NCBI GenBank assembly: GCA_002633005.1
Contig: NMRA01000390.1
Coordinates: forward strand, 1-57,208
Direction of reading: 5' to 3'
Length of the DNA: 57,208 nucleotides
From: Phoronis australis
Taxonomy: Eukaryota; Animalia; Phoronida
The translations under genes and the position numbers were made by a program. Positions 13,024 through 25,100 of this stretch are shown here, piece by piece (within the stretch, counting starts at the first letter, position 1; every line of letters starts with the position of its first letter). A model generated the notes under the pieces. That model was given only the letters and a program-made list of their open reading frames with translations. It made no database searches and had not been told where the DNA came from.

Positions 13024-15959
13024 AAACATACCAAATGGGAAATGATAAACATGAAAATCAAGGAGCACACAGTGCTTTTTAAAAACAAAAATGACAACTC
13101 ATAAGAACAGAGAAGAACTCGTTAGTTTGGTAAATAATTTGACATTTGAATTACAAACGAGTAACTCAAACAATGAATCTATGGAAGGCATGAACGGAGC
13201 CAGAGCAGAATTAAAATTATTGCAGACCCTAAAAAGTAAAAGGAGAGATGATCAGAAGTAGAACTCAATTGATAGAAAATGCAGAAACTCAAAATATTAT
13301 TCTAACTTAGAAGAAAGAAACAACAAGAAAAATTTATTAAAGAGCTTAGAAATAATAATGGACGATTAATTAGATGTCAGGGCTTAATAAGAAGGAAATA
13401 TATGATTATTTCTCCAAGTTGTATAGCAATTTGGGAACAAACTTAAATTTTCTCAATCTGTTTGAATTGCCTGACACTATCACTTGTGATGCTAAAGACA
13501 ACTGCGAATTACAGTCATTAGATTTCTGGAGACCAATAACATTGTCAAATATTGATTACAATTTGTTTACCAAAGTTACGACGTCATGTATAAGTACCCG
13601 TATGCAGCATTTGATACATACTAATAAAAGACAGTGCTGTTAAAGGGAGATTTATTGGTTACAATATAAGAATATTAGAAGATGTTATTGCATACACAAA
13701 CTTTAATAAAGTTCAAGGTCATATCCTAGTTTTGGACTTCAAAAAATCGAATGGGAATTTATACATAAGCTTTTGCATGCCTTTAATTTTGGACCCAATT
13801 TAAAAAATTTCTTTAACATTCTCTATAACAACCTCACTTCATGTGTGACTAACAATGGCCTGTCCACTGACTACATGTATGTTAAGCTTAAAAGATGCGT
13901 CATGCAAGGAGACTCATTGTCAGATCAGTTATTTTGTTTATGTGTCGAAGTAATAAAGAATTGTATTAGAAATAATTATTTAATTAGAGGTATTGCAGTA
14001 CGCTGACGAAAGAACAATATTACTCCAAGAACAGACATCGGGTTTCAATTTATTAGATTTTCTTCAAAGTTTTGGGGCAGTGTCTGCATCAAAGATCAAT
14101 TCAAATAACTGTGAATGCAACGAAATTTTGTATCAGTTTAAATGGTCTGGAAAGCCAATCAAATGTTTAGGCAAATATTTTGGACACAATAAGGAAATAA
14201 AATCAATGCCCGTGATTATGATGACAAAATTAAAACTTTTCAAAAAACGTTACACATATGAAAAAGGGGAAATATTTCTTTAATTTGAAGAACTTAGGTG
14301 ATCATAATGTATGTTATGAATACCTTAGATATGCCTGCTAACAAAACACAGAAGATAAATAATATTACCCAGGGTTTCATCTGGCAAAATAGATCCCCAT
14401 GAGTTAGAAGAGATTTTGCTCTAAATAATAGGGAAAGTGGGGGCTTAGCTGTTCCAGATGTCAACATTTTGTATAAGTCCTTGTTATTTAAATGGAATAA
14501 ACGTTTTTAGAAGGAACAAAGTAAAGAACGGGATATATCACCTAAATGTGTTTAAAGAAAGTACCGAGGTTGTTTAATCTTAAAATTCAATTATGCTTAT
14601 AAAAGTTACTCATAGAAATTGTCAGTTTATTGCACTCTGATATGTTATGGTCCTGGGAGCATATAACAGACTACTTACATAAGAATTTTGGTTTGAAAAA
14701 TCGAGTTGTATGGAATAATATTTTGATAAATGGAAAAACTGTGTTCTACATCAGCTACATGTACATGTGTACTACAATCCTAGAATTGCTTTTATTTAGG
14801 ACTTACATGTGTCAAAAATAAATAGATATCTTGGGAGGTTTTGAAGGAAATCTATAAACTAAGCAATTGGATAAAGTGCGAAGCTCTGCCCAAGGCAATG
14901 AAAATTTCAGATAGCCCGGTTAATGATAGACCTAGCAGCATGCAGGACATTACACCGGATCAGATTGTTACGCAATGAACAAAAGATGTATTACTTTCCA
15001 GAGAGATATCAGTTCCTGATGCGGAACACAGTTTTTTAGCATTTTTGCCGACTAGCAAATTAAATAGATTTTATGTTGTGCCTTTTAAACTGTTGCTCCA
15101 CATTTATAAAAAAGTTTACACAAACTATACTTTAAAGAAGACTAAAGTAATCGAAAACGACAAATGCTCATTTTGTGGACTAAACAGAAACTTTTAATCC
15201 CGTTTTTTGGATTGTGAGCATGTACTTTCGTTTTGGAATGAATTGCCAACTTGGAGTTCAAACGTTATTGGAGCTAACGTTCACTGGCTGAAAAGCGTGT
15301 TCAGCTATTTGCATACTTTGGGGATCATTGTTTTGACATTAATCATTTATTAACTTTGTCTCAGTATTTAATATACACTTGTTCCAAGTCTTCGTGTATT
15401 CCTGTACTTAAGAGATTTTACCCAATTTTATTTGACATTGAAAAGACATGGAAAAGTATATAATCTTGAGAATCAACCCCTGACTTAGAAGGATTTTTGA
15501 AAACCTTATACATTCAGTATAAATTAGCGCAGAGCTGGAATGTGCAAATGTGAGAGTGAATGTGTTTTTGTTTTCGCGCGTTTTCTTTCCTTTCTTCTCT
15601 ATTCCATTGTTAATTTCGGTTTTTACAAATAAACTTATTGAAAAACAGAGTAATTTAATATTTGTATCTTTAGGGAACGAAGAATTTGATCTATAGACAG
15701 TTCTCCCCCATTCACCTAAATGTTCTCTATTAGAACAATCTCCCCAATTATTCTGAACTTTTGTTTTTTTGTGTTGGCAAGTAACAAACTTATTATACAC
15801 GTTGCGTGAAAGTACACAGCAAGTGATTTGTAGAAATTAAAAATTTCTTCCAGGTCCTCTCGTCAATCTTCTGAAACACGAAATTTTAAGGGATTTAATG
15901 AATGACTTCAGATGAACCATTTTGCACCCTCCCAGCGAAAAAAAAGTTTAAGTTCAATA

Positions 15960-16149
15960 AATTTTGTTTAGTTTTTTACTCCGGCTGGGATCGAAAATTT
16001 TCCGCTTTATCAGCCGCAGCCACAATCATTTAAAGTGGATTCTTCTCCCCAGTGGGAAATGTATGGAACATGATGTCCTTGTTCATCCATTGATACTTCA
16101 AAAGCTTTCCTTTCTTGCATGAGGCCTTAGTACATCCCGCCACACAGCA
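15960..16149 (-). pseudogene. Degenerate THAP-domain fragment (DNA transposon relic)
   Basis: CCVAGCTKASC...IMFHTFPTGEKNPL*, then by frameshift WLRLIKRKIFDPS. Confidence 0.6.
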
Positions 16150-16948
16150 GAAGAAATTTGGAAAGGTTTTATCTGTTTATATCAGGTTGAAAGCTCCCGT
16201 TCGCATTACATGAACGCCTGTCCATCAAAGACCTGATCGCCGTCTAGCGTGGCTTTTTCAGAAATCAGCTAATTGATCATGTTCCGTTTAGCTCTGTCTC
16301 GGCTTTGGCTAATTTTCGGCTACGATGTAAGTGGTGTACAGATTGGCTCAGCAAGGAGTATTTCCGTTCATTAAAGAATCCACGAAATTGCTTTGTTAAC
16401 TCTTTTTATTCCATCTTTTCAGCATCATATTCCAATTATCTAGAATTAGCTGAAACAGAAGGTCTTGGATAACATGAATCAGAATACTTAATTAAAATAA
16501 TGCGATATCTGCAGCTTCCGATTATCAAATTTCCTGAATTACACATTGAAAGCATTATGCCTTCCGCGATTATACTCTTAGTTTTCGCCAAGTTAGACCA
16601 TAAAATGTGTCTCACGTATGCGTTTTCACGCCCAAAATTACATTAAAGTTCTTACATGAGTGAAGATCAATGGCGTGCCATGCACTGTGGTGGCCATTTT
16701 GGTAACATGCTTTCAAAATTGAAAATTTTTCTCGTACTCTTTTCGATGTCCTTCATTTAAGAACTGTAGTTAAAAGAGTATCGTTTGCGAGTACGCTTGG
16801 ACTAAAGTGGCTTACGTTACAATACGCTTTGTGATNAACCAAACATTCATAATCACGTTTGAACTTCATTCCACTTTGATTGTGCACATGTGTGTACGCA
16901 CAAGGACATAGCCCCAAGAAGGAAAATTCAGCAAGGATAATAGCTTAC

Positions 16949-17080
16949 AGATGGTCCATCCATGTGTAAAGTCCTTGTGCATGCAATGTAGTGCCTTTTC
17001 CAGGCACCGTACTCTGTATCGGTGGGAGAATAGGGCAGAGACCAGCCAAACTTCATGCACTTTGGCATCCAGAGCATGTC
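16949..17080 (-). CDS. ECT2L: ECT2L-like protein, coding exon 4
   Basis: ttttag|[44 protein letters not shown]|gtaagc; very close to the post-F-box segment of ECT2L as I recall it. Confidence 0.9.
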
Positions 17081-17559
17081 CTAAAACATTTTTTATTGTT
17101 CATAACTATTCAACTATTTACTGAATAGGCAAACATGTAACAAAGATGTAATACAGAAACAAAATCTTGCAATAACATGACATCTAAATATCTGTAACTA
17201 TTAATGGACTGACAAGACATTCAACTCATAAGCATGCAAAACTATATTTATTAACCAATAACAATGCCAGAGAATTGTTACTAAGCACCTGCAATTCATT
17301 TTCAAAATATTCTTTGTTTCTATTTTCATGAAAATATATTTAAGCTTTTTGAAATAATGAGCTAATTCAACTTCATAGTTGGAAATGGGTTCTGCATTCG
17401 ACGGGAAAAATAAGTCTTTTAGCTATAGTGACCTTGTAACACCAATTGTGAAAATGCAAAAGTGAGAAAAATAACAAACAATACAGATTAGTGTGCACAG
17501 TAAACAACTTGGAATTTTTTGTGTTTTGAACATAATGGTTTACCCACTCGTTGTTAACT

Positions 17560-17776
17560 AACCCCCACAACATCACACCAATATAACCCACAACATCACA
17601 CCAATGTAACCCACAACATCNCTCTTACTGTTTTATTTTTTTGCGGCAGTCAAGGGGGGGGCCGGGCCCCCCCCTAAATCCGCCTATGTAACCCACAACA
17701 TCACACCAATATAACCCACAACATCACACCAATATAACCCACATCACACCAATATAACCCACAACATCACACCAAT
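17560..17776. repeat. ~23-bp minisatellite, interrupted by a MITE end and an N
   Basis: AACCCACAACATCACACCAATAT repeated; insert 17621-17688 ends GGGCCCCCCCCTAAATCCGCCTATG. Confidence 0.85.
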
Positions 17777-17973
17777 AATTGCTATCACCCGCTCATCTTC
17801 AGAAAGCATGACCAGCACAAAATATTGATGGTAAAAGACACAAATTGACAAATTACAAAACACATGCCCTGAAAAATATATCAAAGCAAACGATAACATC
17901 CAATTCTTAAGAAAATGTTTCAGCGCACTGTTCTTGTTCAGTTTACAAGTCGACATTTCAACATATTAGTTAC

Positions 17974-18213
17974 CTGTTCTGTTAAGAACCTCCAGTGCCA
18001 ACAGACTGTTGATGCCCTACAGAGACTACGAGCGTCCAGGAAAGAAAAGATATAGAGTGCAAGGAAGCGAGGTAAACAGGCGGTGAAGTCCATGTGGCGT
18101 ATTGGTATTCTTTCTTGGAACCAGTTTTGCATGAACAGCAGCTGAGTTCTTCTACATTTCTTCAAGATAGCATCTATGAACCGTTTACGTTGAGAGTCAT
18201 TCCAAAGATCAAA
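17974..18213 (-). CDS. ECT2L: ECT2L-like protein, coding exon 3 (F-box)
   Basis: ttgtag|FDLWNDSQRKRFIDAILKKCRRTQLLFMQNWFQERIPIRHMDFTACLPRFLALYIFSFLDARSLCRASTVCWHWRFLTEQ|gtaact. Confidence 0.9.
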
Positions 18214-18249
18214 CTACAAAAAAGATGGATTTCAGATGAAAATGTGATG

Positions 18250-19610
18250 TCGTATTAGCCCTAATAACTTGAGACCCGGTCTCCGAAACAGGTGAAATCG
18301 GAAGCTAAGATTCATCATATTTACGCCCTGTGACGTGTCTGTAACCAATGACAGACTAATTTCTACAAAATTGTGGTGCATTGCTATCAAACTTAATTGC
18401 TGTTAAATTATGATCATTTTACAGAAAATTTGCATAAATCTCAGGGCGAAAACTCGCCGACTGACTGCCTCTCAATCGTCGATATGGCAACTTGAATGCC
18501 TGAATAAAAATACAGTTTCAACTCAAGCAAATTACCTGAAATCCTCCTTAAGTTTTCCAGATAGCGTCCCTAAGATTTTTAAGTTCTCGTAAAGTTGGGA
18601 TTAACAACAGGTGAAGTGCAAATCTGTGCTAGATCGTGCCGTCTATGATCATAAGCCTACCCGGTAACACCAGAAAATAATCTCTGGACATGTTGTTGTC
18701 ACGTGCTTTAAAGTTCGTCTGCATGTGTGAGTAAGTGAGCGCATGCGTGTCACTAGAGTAAACGCAATCTAACGAGCTACATGTGCACTGTACACAAGCA
18801 GAAAGCAGAATGTCTTTCACTCAGCACTTGGCGGTCTCATCTGCTAAAAAACGTTCAACAATTGTCTCGGTAAGGCCCATATTAGTCGCCGTGTGGCTGG
18901 ATGTGTACGTGACTGTCTGACAGTGAAAGGATGAGTAATCAGTGACTGTCAGTAGTCATTTTATTGGATATATTTGGCTTTAAAAACACCAATTATGATT
19001 AATCAAACAATCCCTCTTAAAGATAACACAAAATTTTTCATGGTATTAGAAACTGTCGGAAATAAGTGCCAATATTTATTTCTTGCCGATGCTATACAAC
19101 CCGTTTTATGAATGGATAGTTTCTGACTGTCTTTGATGACAGCCAGTACATGTATGTAGCGCGCGCTTCCTGCACACACGTGCACTGGTCGAGTTTTTTT
19201 ATTAGTCTTCGATTCGCAGTTTTCACATGTACGAAGAAATTTGGATTCCTGTTGACGGCAGGAAATATCTACAATACAATCCCGTTGACAAGTACACTGT
19301 GTCTGTTCTTAAAGGCCAGACCGTGGTACGACACAATCCTCGCAAGATCAGCAAAACTTTTGTGTTCTTTCTGAGGCACGGCAGAAGTTTGAAGTGTAGA
19401 GTCACAGCTAAATACCGACATAGCGATGAGGCTCGTGGTCTACAAATTCCGCGCACAATGAATTTTTTTTTAGGTCTGTTGGATATTGAAGACTGTAGGT
19501 AAGGCATTTTTCGCACTGACACGTTCATGGACTGGGCGCTTATTTTAGCAAAGTCTGAAAACACGTGGGGGCGCTTCTAGCGGCATGGGCAGTTATTAGG
19601 GCGAATATGG
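18250..19610. mobile_element. Non-autonomous pogo/mariner-like TIR element in ECT2L intron 2
   Basis: Imperfect TIRs TCGTATTAGCCCTAATAACT and AGTTATTAGGGCGAATATGG followed by TA; GGGCGCTT subterminal motifs. Confidence 0.65.
19210..19470 (+). pseudogene. HIRAN-like domain ORF remnant carried by the TIR element
   Basis: SIRSFHMYEEIWIPVDG...YNPVDKYTVSVLKGQTVVRHNPRKISKTFVFFLRHG..LKCRVT..RHS...GLQIP matches the RGxHxY...NPxDxxAVxV...VGHxP pattern with several key residues decayed. Confidence 0.65.
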
Positions 19611-19854
19611 TATGTGACATTTGGGTATGACATATAGTCATATAAAGCCTCTCAAATAGCTTGCCAATTAATTGTCTCTTGGCGAAATGGTTTAGACATT
19701 CGACTCTGCCACGCCACCAACCCGAGTTCAATACCCGCTGTCGGCATGTGGAATTCTCTACAAAAATATGTCAGAATGTCACATTTTTGTATGTACCATT
19801 TACTGGACTTTCAAATCTGTCTTATAAATGGCCGCTAAGCAAAGCAATTCTTAC

Positions 19855-19890
19855 CCAGTTCATAATAAGTTCTCGTCTTTCCTTGTATAT
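19855..19890 (-). CDS. ECT2L: ECT2L-like protein, 36-bp coding exon 2
   Basis: tttcag|IYKERRELIMNW|gtaaga; phase 0/0; links exons 1 and 3. Confidence 0.82.
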
Positions 19891-20855
19891 CTGAAATCAA
19901 AAAATCCTAATCAATTGAAAGTCTTTGCAATGTTACGATCTGACTAATCGCACAGTAAATGAAATTTGTACAAAATACTCCTTGAACCTTCATGGCATTG
20001 CAGATTCCATTTTGTTTCCTCACAATGTTCAGATAATTAGGCACGTATATGAGTTGACTTGCAGACCCTTTAGCGTTTGTGTAAAGCTATATAAATATAA
20101 TGTTAGTGTCTTTTGGAGGACCTATGATAGATATGATTTGGGGCCCCTTTCACTACACACTGTTTTCACGTACTAGTAAGGGTGTCCCTTAGCCAACAAC
20201 ATATTGTAACTTTGTATTTCGTCTGTAACAGGGCAGTATCTACGACCTAGGTGCCCCGACTTTACAAGCTCTGTGCACACAGTAGATGAAAACTACTAGG
20301 AATTGGTGAATAATAGATAGGTTTATATTAGGAATATTATATATAAGTACAAAGTGTCACACTTACAATCACTCTAGTTGATATCTACATGAGCTAGTAT
20401 GCGGGTCTATCTCAACGTTGTTATTTTTCTGAGGATTACAATACTCCGGCAGACCAGTCAGAAAGAAATGGGGGCAATTTAGTTATTGTTTCAAAATATG
20501 CACAGCAATCAAGCTCAGAAAGAGCCCAAGAATTGCTGGGGACTAAATTATAGGAAATCAAGTATGGGAGATTAGCGGGAAAGCTGCACAAATTGGGAAT
20601 TGGTATGAGTTATGGAGTGGATGTTAACTCTGCGATTCGACTCTCAATTTCAACCGACGAGACATGATCTGAAGGGGCGAGAACCACATTCCTAGAATCT
20701 GGCAAAATATGGTCACGTCCAGAGGAACACAGTGACAGTGTCTATTGTAGTGATCAGTCACTCGCTTATGACTTTTTTATGTCGCCTAGTAATATTAGTA
20801 GATGAACTCACCCTGGCAACAGTGCACTTATCACTATGATATGGAAATGAAATAC

Positions 20856-21062
20856 CTGCTCATTCGACGGCTTATTGACCATAGGAGTCCAATTACTGGC
20901 ATAGGTTTTAAAGTTGCGAGACTGGAATTGAGTGGAAGGCGAGCTTTTCTCACGCCGTCTCTGCGTGATAGTACCGAGCACTTTATCATCGTTTTCAGTG
21001 ATTTTCATCCTGCGACCCTTGTCCCTTCCTGGGGGAGCTGAGTTTGGACGGGACACTGACAT
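20856..21062 (-). CDS. ECT2L: ECT2L-like F-box protein, coding exon 1
   Basis: MSVSRPNSAPPG...ASNWTPMVNKPSNEQ|gtattt; the end resembles the SAWTP..NK..N.Q N-terminus of ECT2L/FBXO16. Confidence 0.78.
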
Positions 21063-22168
21063 CGTCAACTTTTATCGCATCACTTGTGGCTTCCTACAGA
21101 CTATACCGCACCTAGGCAACACGCAGCCCCTCGCTGGGCATCCAAGGCGATGTAATTGCATGTTTTTGCACAGCCACAGCTCTCCATTTTGAAAACATGC
21201 CGTATACGCATGCGTTTACACGCTGTAACGACGACAACAGCCAAAAGATGGCCCTCAACACAGTTACCGCAAAACCTCTAATACCCAACGATTATTAAGT
21301 TATTTATCTTTGGGAAAATTTCACAACGAACGCTTCGAATAAGGACAGTCGTTATTTTTTTATAGTGTATTCTACTCATTAGTTATGACTACAACTGTAA
21401 GTACTGTCAAAGATAATAAAAAACATTGCTTTTAGCTGAAACTGAACCACGGGGCCGATATCACTATGACACTGCCGAGGGGGCCGGCGCAGACGGCGGA
21501 GCTCAGTACGGAGGCCGGCCCACTCAGTTCTGCTATGAATAGTGAAAAAAAGCCTCTACTTTCAATACCAAAACTAAAAATATACACTCATTTCAGTAGT
21601 GCGGTTCAAAAGTGACCATTTCAACTATACTTAGACAATCGACGAACCCGCTCAGAAGGGCCCTGTTGTCTCGCGGCCGGCCGGGCTCCGAGGCTCGAGC
21701 GCCGGGCCGGGAACTGGCCTACATCATTGGGCCAATACAGAAGACATTTCAGGGCCAGTATTGGCCCAGTACCTGCATGTTTACTGGGATCTAGTGGCCA
21801 TTTTAATGCACAAGTAAACAACCCTAAAAGCACACCATTTGCGATGCATTCGTGGTCGTATTTCAATGCTCTGCGTTGCTCTTGTCTTCATAAACGCAAC
21901 AGTCAGCTAGCAAGTTTTGTAAAGCGCATATGTTACCTCACCCTTTTGAGATTAGGTATGTGTTGTGCTGGCTCGGGCGCATATAACAATTCTCTTGGTT
22001 TAAAATAAAGAACAGCAGTGAGCGAATTTTAATTTCGATTTTGAAATATAATCCAAGGAACTATCAGCATATTACTGTTTGGTTATAATGGAACACTGTA
22101 TTTTCCTTCTTCAGTAGTTGACGTACAAGGAGTACAGGAAGCGACGGAGCTGAGTGACATGAGCAGTA

Positions 22169-25100
22169 TCAAAGAAGTTCTAGCTCGACGATTGGGTAAT
22201 GGTCGCTGACGTCTTTAGCCTGAAATGAACAATTTGTCATAATTTTCGCATCTGCAGCTGTATATACTACGCCCCTCGCAAGATCACAGTTTGCAAGTCT
22301 ATTCCAATTCACTTGACTAGACATCAGGTGGACGGATTCAACTACCGCTGTGCCTTCTAGTGGTCATTTTTTTATGCCTGCCTCTGTATATTTGGAGTTC
22401 TTTTGTAGATTTTCATGGAATTTGACGGACAGTTTTCAAATGAGGGAGAGACGACGACGCTTTCCCAATTTTGGACGAAATTGGCGTATTCTGCACCATT
22501 AGAAGCAAAACATTTGCGTTGCTGTCGTGGGCGTATTGCAACGCTCCGCGTTGCTCTCGTTTACTAGCAAGCCGGGCTTGCGGGCAAGATTTAGTTAACT
22601 TCAGTTACGTGAAGGATCGCACAGAGGCAACCTGCCACACAGACATCATTCTACACCGTGCAATAATTAAAAGTAAAAAATAGACAGTAATACATGTAGT
22701 TGCATGAATAAATTCTCAAGTTCATGTCTGTAGTGACTTCCTTATTAGGGAAGACGCTGAATGCGTCGACAAACCGATATGGTTAATTCACGTGGTGAAC
22801 ATGACCTTTAAAGGAGAATCCTTCATCACAATTGGTTTTATTCACATTCTGTTAGGCACAGCTTCTATTATGAGTCAGTGATGCTGGAAACTATTTTCTA
22901 ATGAAGCGTCGAGCTCAAGCCTTGGGACTTAGTTGACCACAAAAGCATTATTACTTGACCAGTTTTGAAAATTCAAGAACCCATTACAGTGGCGGATCTA
23001 CGGGGGGGTTCAGGGGGTTTAAACCTCCNNNNNNNNNNNNNNNNNNNNNNNNNNNNNNNNNNNNNNNNNNNNNNNNNNNNNNNNNNNNNNNNNNNNNNNN
23101 NNNNNNNNNNNNNNNNNNNNNNNNNNNNNNNNNNNNNNNNNNNNNNNNNNNNNNNNNNNNNNNNNNNNNNNNNNNNNNNNNNNNNNNNNNNNNNNNNNNN
23201 NNNNNNNNNNNNNNNNNNNNNNNNNNNNNNNNNNNNNNNNNNNNNNNNNNNNNNNNNNNNNNNNNNNNNNNNNNNNNNNNNNNNNNNNNNNNNNNNNNNN
23301 NNNNNNNNNNNNNNNNNNNNNNNNNNNNNNNNNNNNNNNNNNNNNNNNNNNNNNNNNNNNNNNNNNNNNNNNNNNNNNNNNNNNNNNNNNNNNNNNNNNN
23401 NNNNNNNNNNNNNNNNNNNNNNNNNNNNNNNNNNNNNNNNNNNNNNNNNNNNNNNNNNNNNNNNNNNNNNNNNNNNNNNNNNNNNNNNNNNNNNNNNNNN
23501 NNNNNNNNNNNNNNNNNNNNNNNNNNNNNNNNNNNNNNNNNNNNNNNNNNNNNNNNNNNNNNNNNNNNNNNNNNNNNNNNNNNNNNNNNNNNNNNNNNNN
23601 NNNNNNNNNNNNNNNNNNNNNNNNNNNNNNNNNNNNNNNNNNNNNNNNNNNNNNNNNNNNNNNNNNNNNNNNNNNNNNNNNNNNNNNNNNNNNNNNNNNN
23701 NNNNNNNNNNNNNNNNNNNNNNNNNNNNNNNNNNNNNNNNNNNNNNNNNNNNNNNNNNNNNNNNNNNNNNNNNNGTCACGACAATTCGCGACAACCAAAG
23801 AAATTGCCGGGCTACCGTAACGGTGAGCCACAGAAGTTACGATTATTTCATGGCAGTGGGCGGGGGGAGGGGTGTTGGTGTGGGCAGAAAAGTCTCGCGT
23901 CAATATTTTTGTATGATAGCCAAGTACTGCGGGTTCACCTTGTCAGGAACACAAACTTGCCCCCTTCTCTGGAATCATTCGGATGATGGCTGCGGACCCG
24001 CGCTGCATGGAACAGTGGACCCTATAGCCCTGGCTTGTCCCCCGGAAAATAATTCGCCGCAGGTCAAACAGGATAGTTCACTCAACACTGAATCCATATA
24101 CGATACAGACACTATTTGACATGGGCGGCGCAGCACTGAAAAAGTGGGGGGCGGAGCTACAGACCCCCCTTTAGCTCCCTATGGTGCGCTACCTGTTTGA
24201 CGCTCTTGTATAATTCACGATTTCACCAGAAATGCCAATGTCTTTACCACTGCAAACGAACAATATAGTTATGATCATTTACGAAAAACACAGAAAATCA
24301 TTAAAATAGTAATTCTGCAATCACTGAAATGTTATTCCACAGACATGGGACATTTAGACTGAGGTTGAGATCGGGGCTGAGAATTACCTATTGACGATCC
24401 GATATTTTTGTTTGCTTGTAGATAGGCAGTTGTTTTTGTCAAATGAGAGTATATATTAATTTTATAGAGCTGTATTCACGATGGAATTTTTGATCGACTG
24501 TTGAGTATGTGAAACAGTTATCACTACACGGTACTGATATTCATGATGTCAACTAACTTGATTTTATCAGCTTTATTTTTATCTAAACATCATTCAACAA
24601 AGAATGGACTCACCGGAGACGGCCCAAGAGTTGTTATCTCTGCGGCGAAAGATGNGACGTTTTTCAATTGTTGTCAACGTGATTCAGCTTAATAAAGTGA
24701 TACCTAATTATTTATTGTCGCTTTTAATTATCTAAACATCATTCAACAAAGAATGGACTCACCGGAGACGGCCCAAGAGTTGTTATCTCTGCGGCGAAAG
24801 ATGTTAAAGTTGAGTCCCGATGAGTTGCCAGCAGTCACTGGTACGGTGCGCGGCTTTAGACAGAACACATGTTTATTCCCGGACTAACAGTACAGGTCTT
24901 CGTTCTTAAACAACTTGAGGCTGCTGTTACGCGATCATCTGATATTCAAGTTTTTAGCCCCGTCGGTGCTCCTTAATTATGCTCTTGAGTATTTGGAAAT
25001 TGTCTAAACCCCTGTGAACACACCACACTTTTTTGTATACGACTTTTCGTAAGCTAAAAAAGGTGTGTGTAAGCAGATGTTCCAACAAAAATTTTTGCTG

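Larger units (their letters stand above)
11250..15400 (+). mobile_element. Degenerate near-full-length L1/Tx1-clade non-LTR retrotransposon
   Basis: ORF1 traces (NQYSRRNSIRTHGV...TDRAHR). ORF2 traces: ITLNCRG, DVAFLQET, SRGVAIL, DHAAV, RGPVFWKLD (APE endonuclease); WRPITLSNIDY, GRFIGYNI, LDFKK, MQGDSLS, QYADE, KCLG (RT); GGLAVPD; KCSFCG..CEHV (C-terminal Zn motif). Many stops and frameshifts. Confidence 0.88.

Noticed and set aside
20735-20770. RVTDHY on the minus strand as the DNase I last exon
   Set aside because: No acceptor, and it lies in ECT2L intron 1; the proper VSDHYP exon is at 22219-22169.
22115-22195. Apparent plus-strand exon VDVQGVQEATELSDMSSIKEVLARRL
   Set aside because: It is antisense to the DNase I last exon and 3' UTR; no partner exons found.
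22955-24119. Long ORFs in the ORF track
   Set aside because: Artefacts of translating the N gap.
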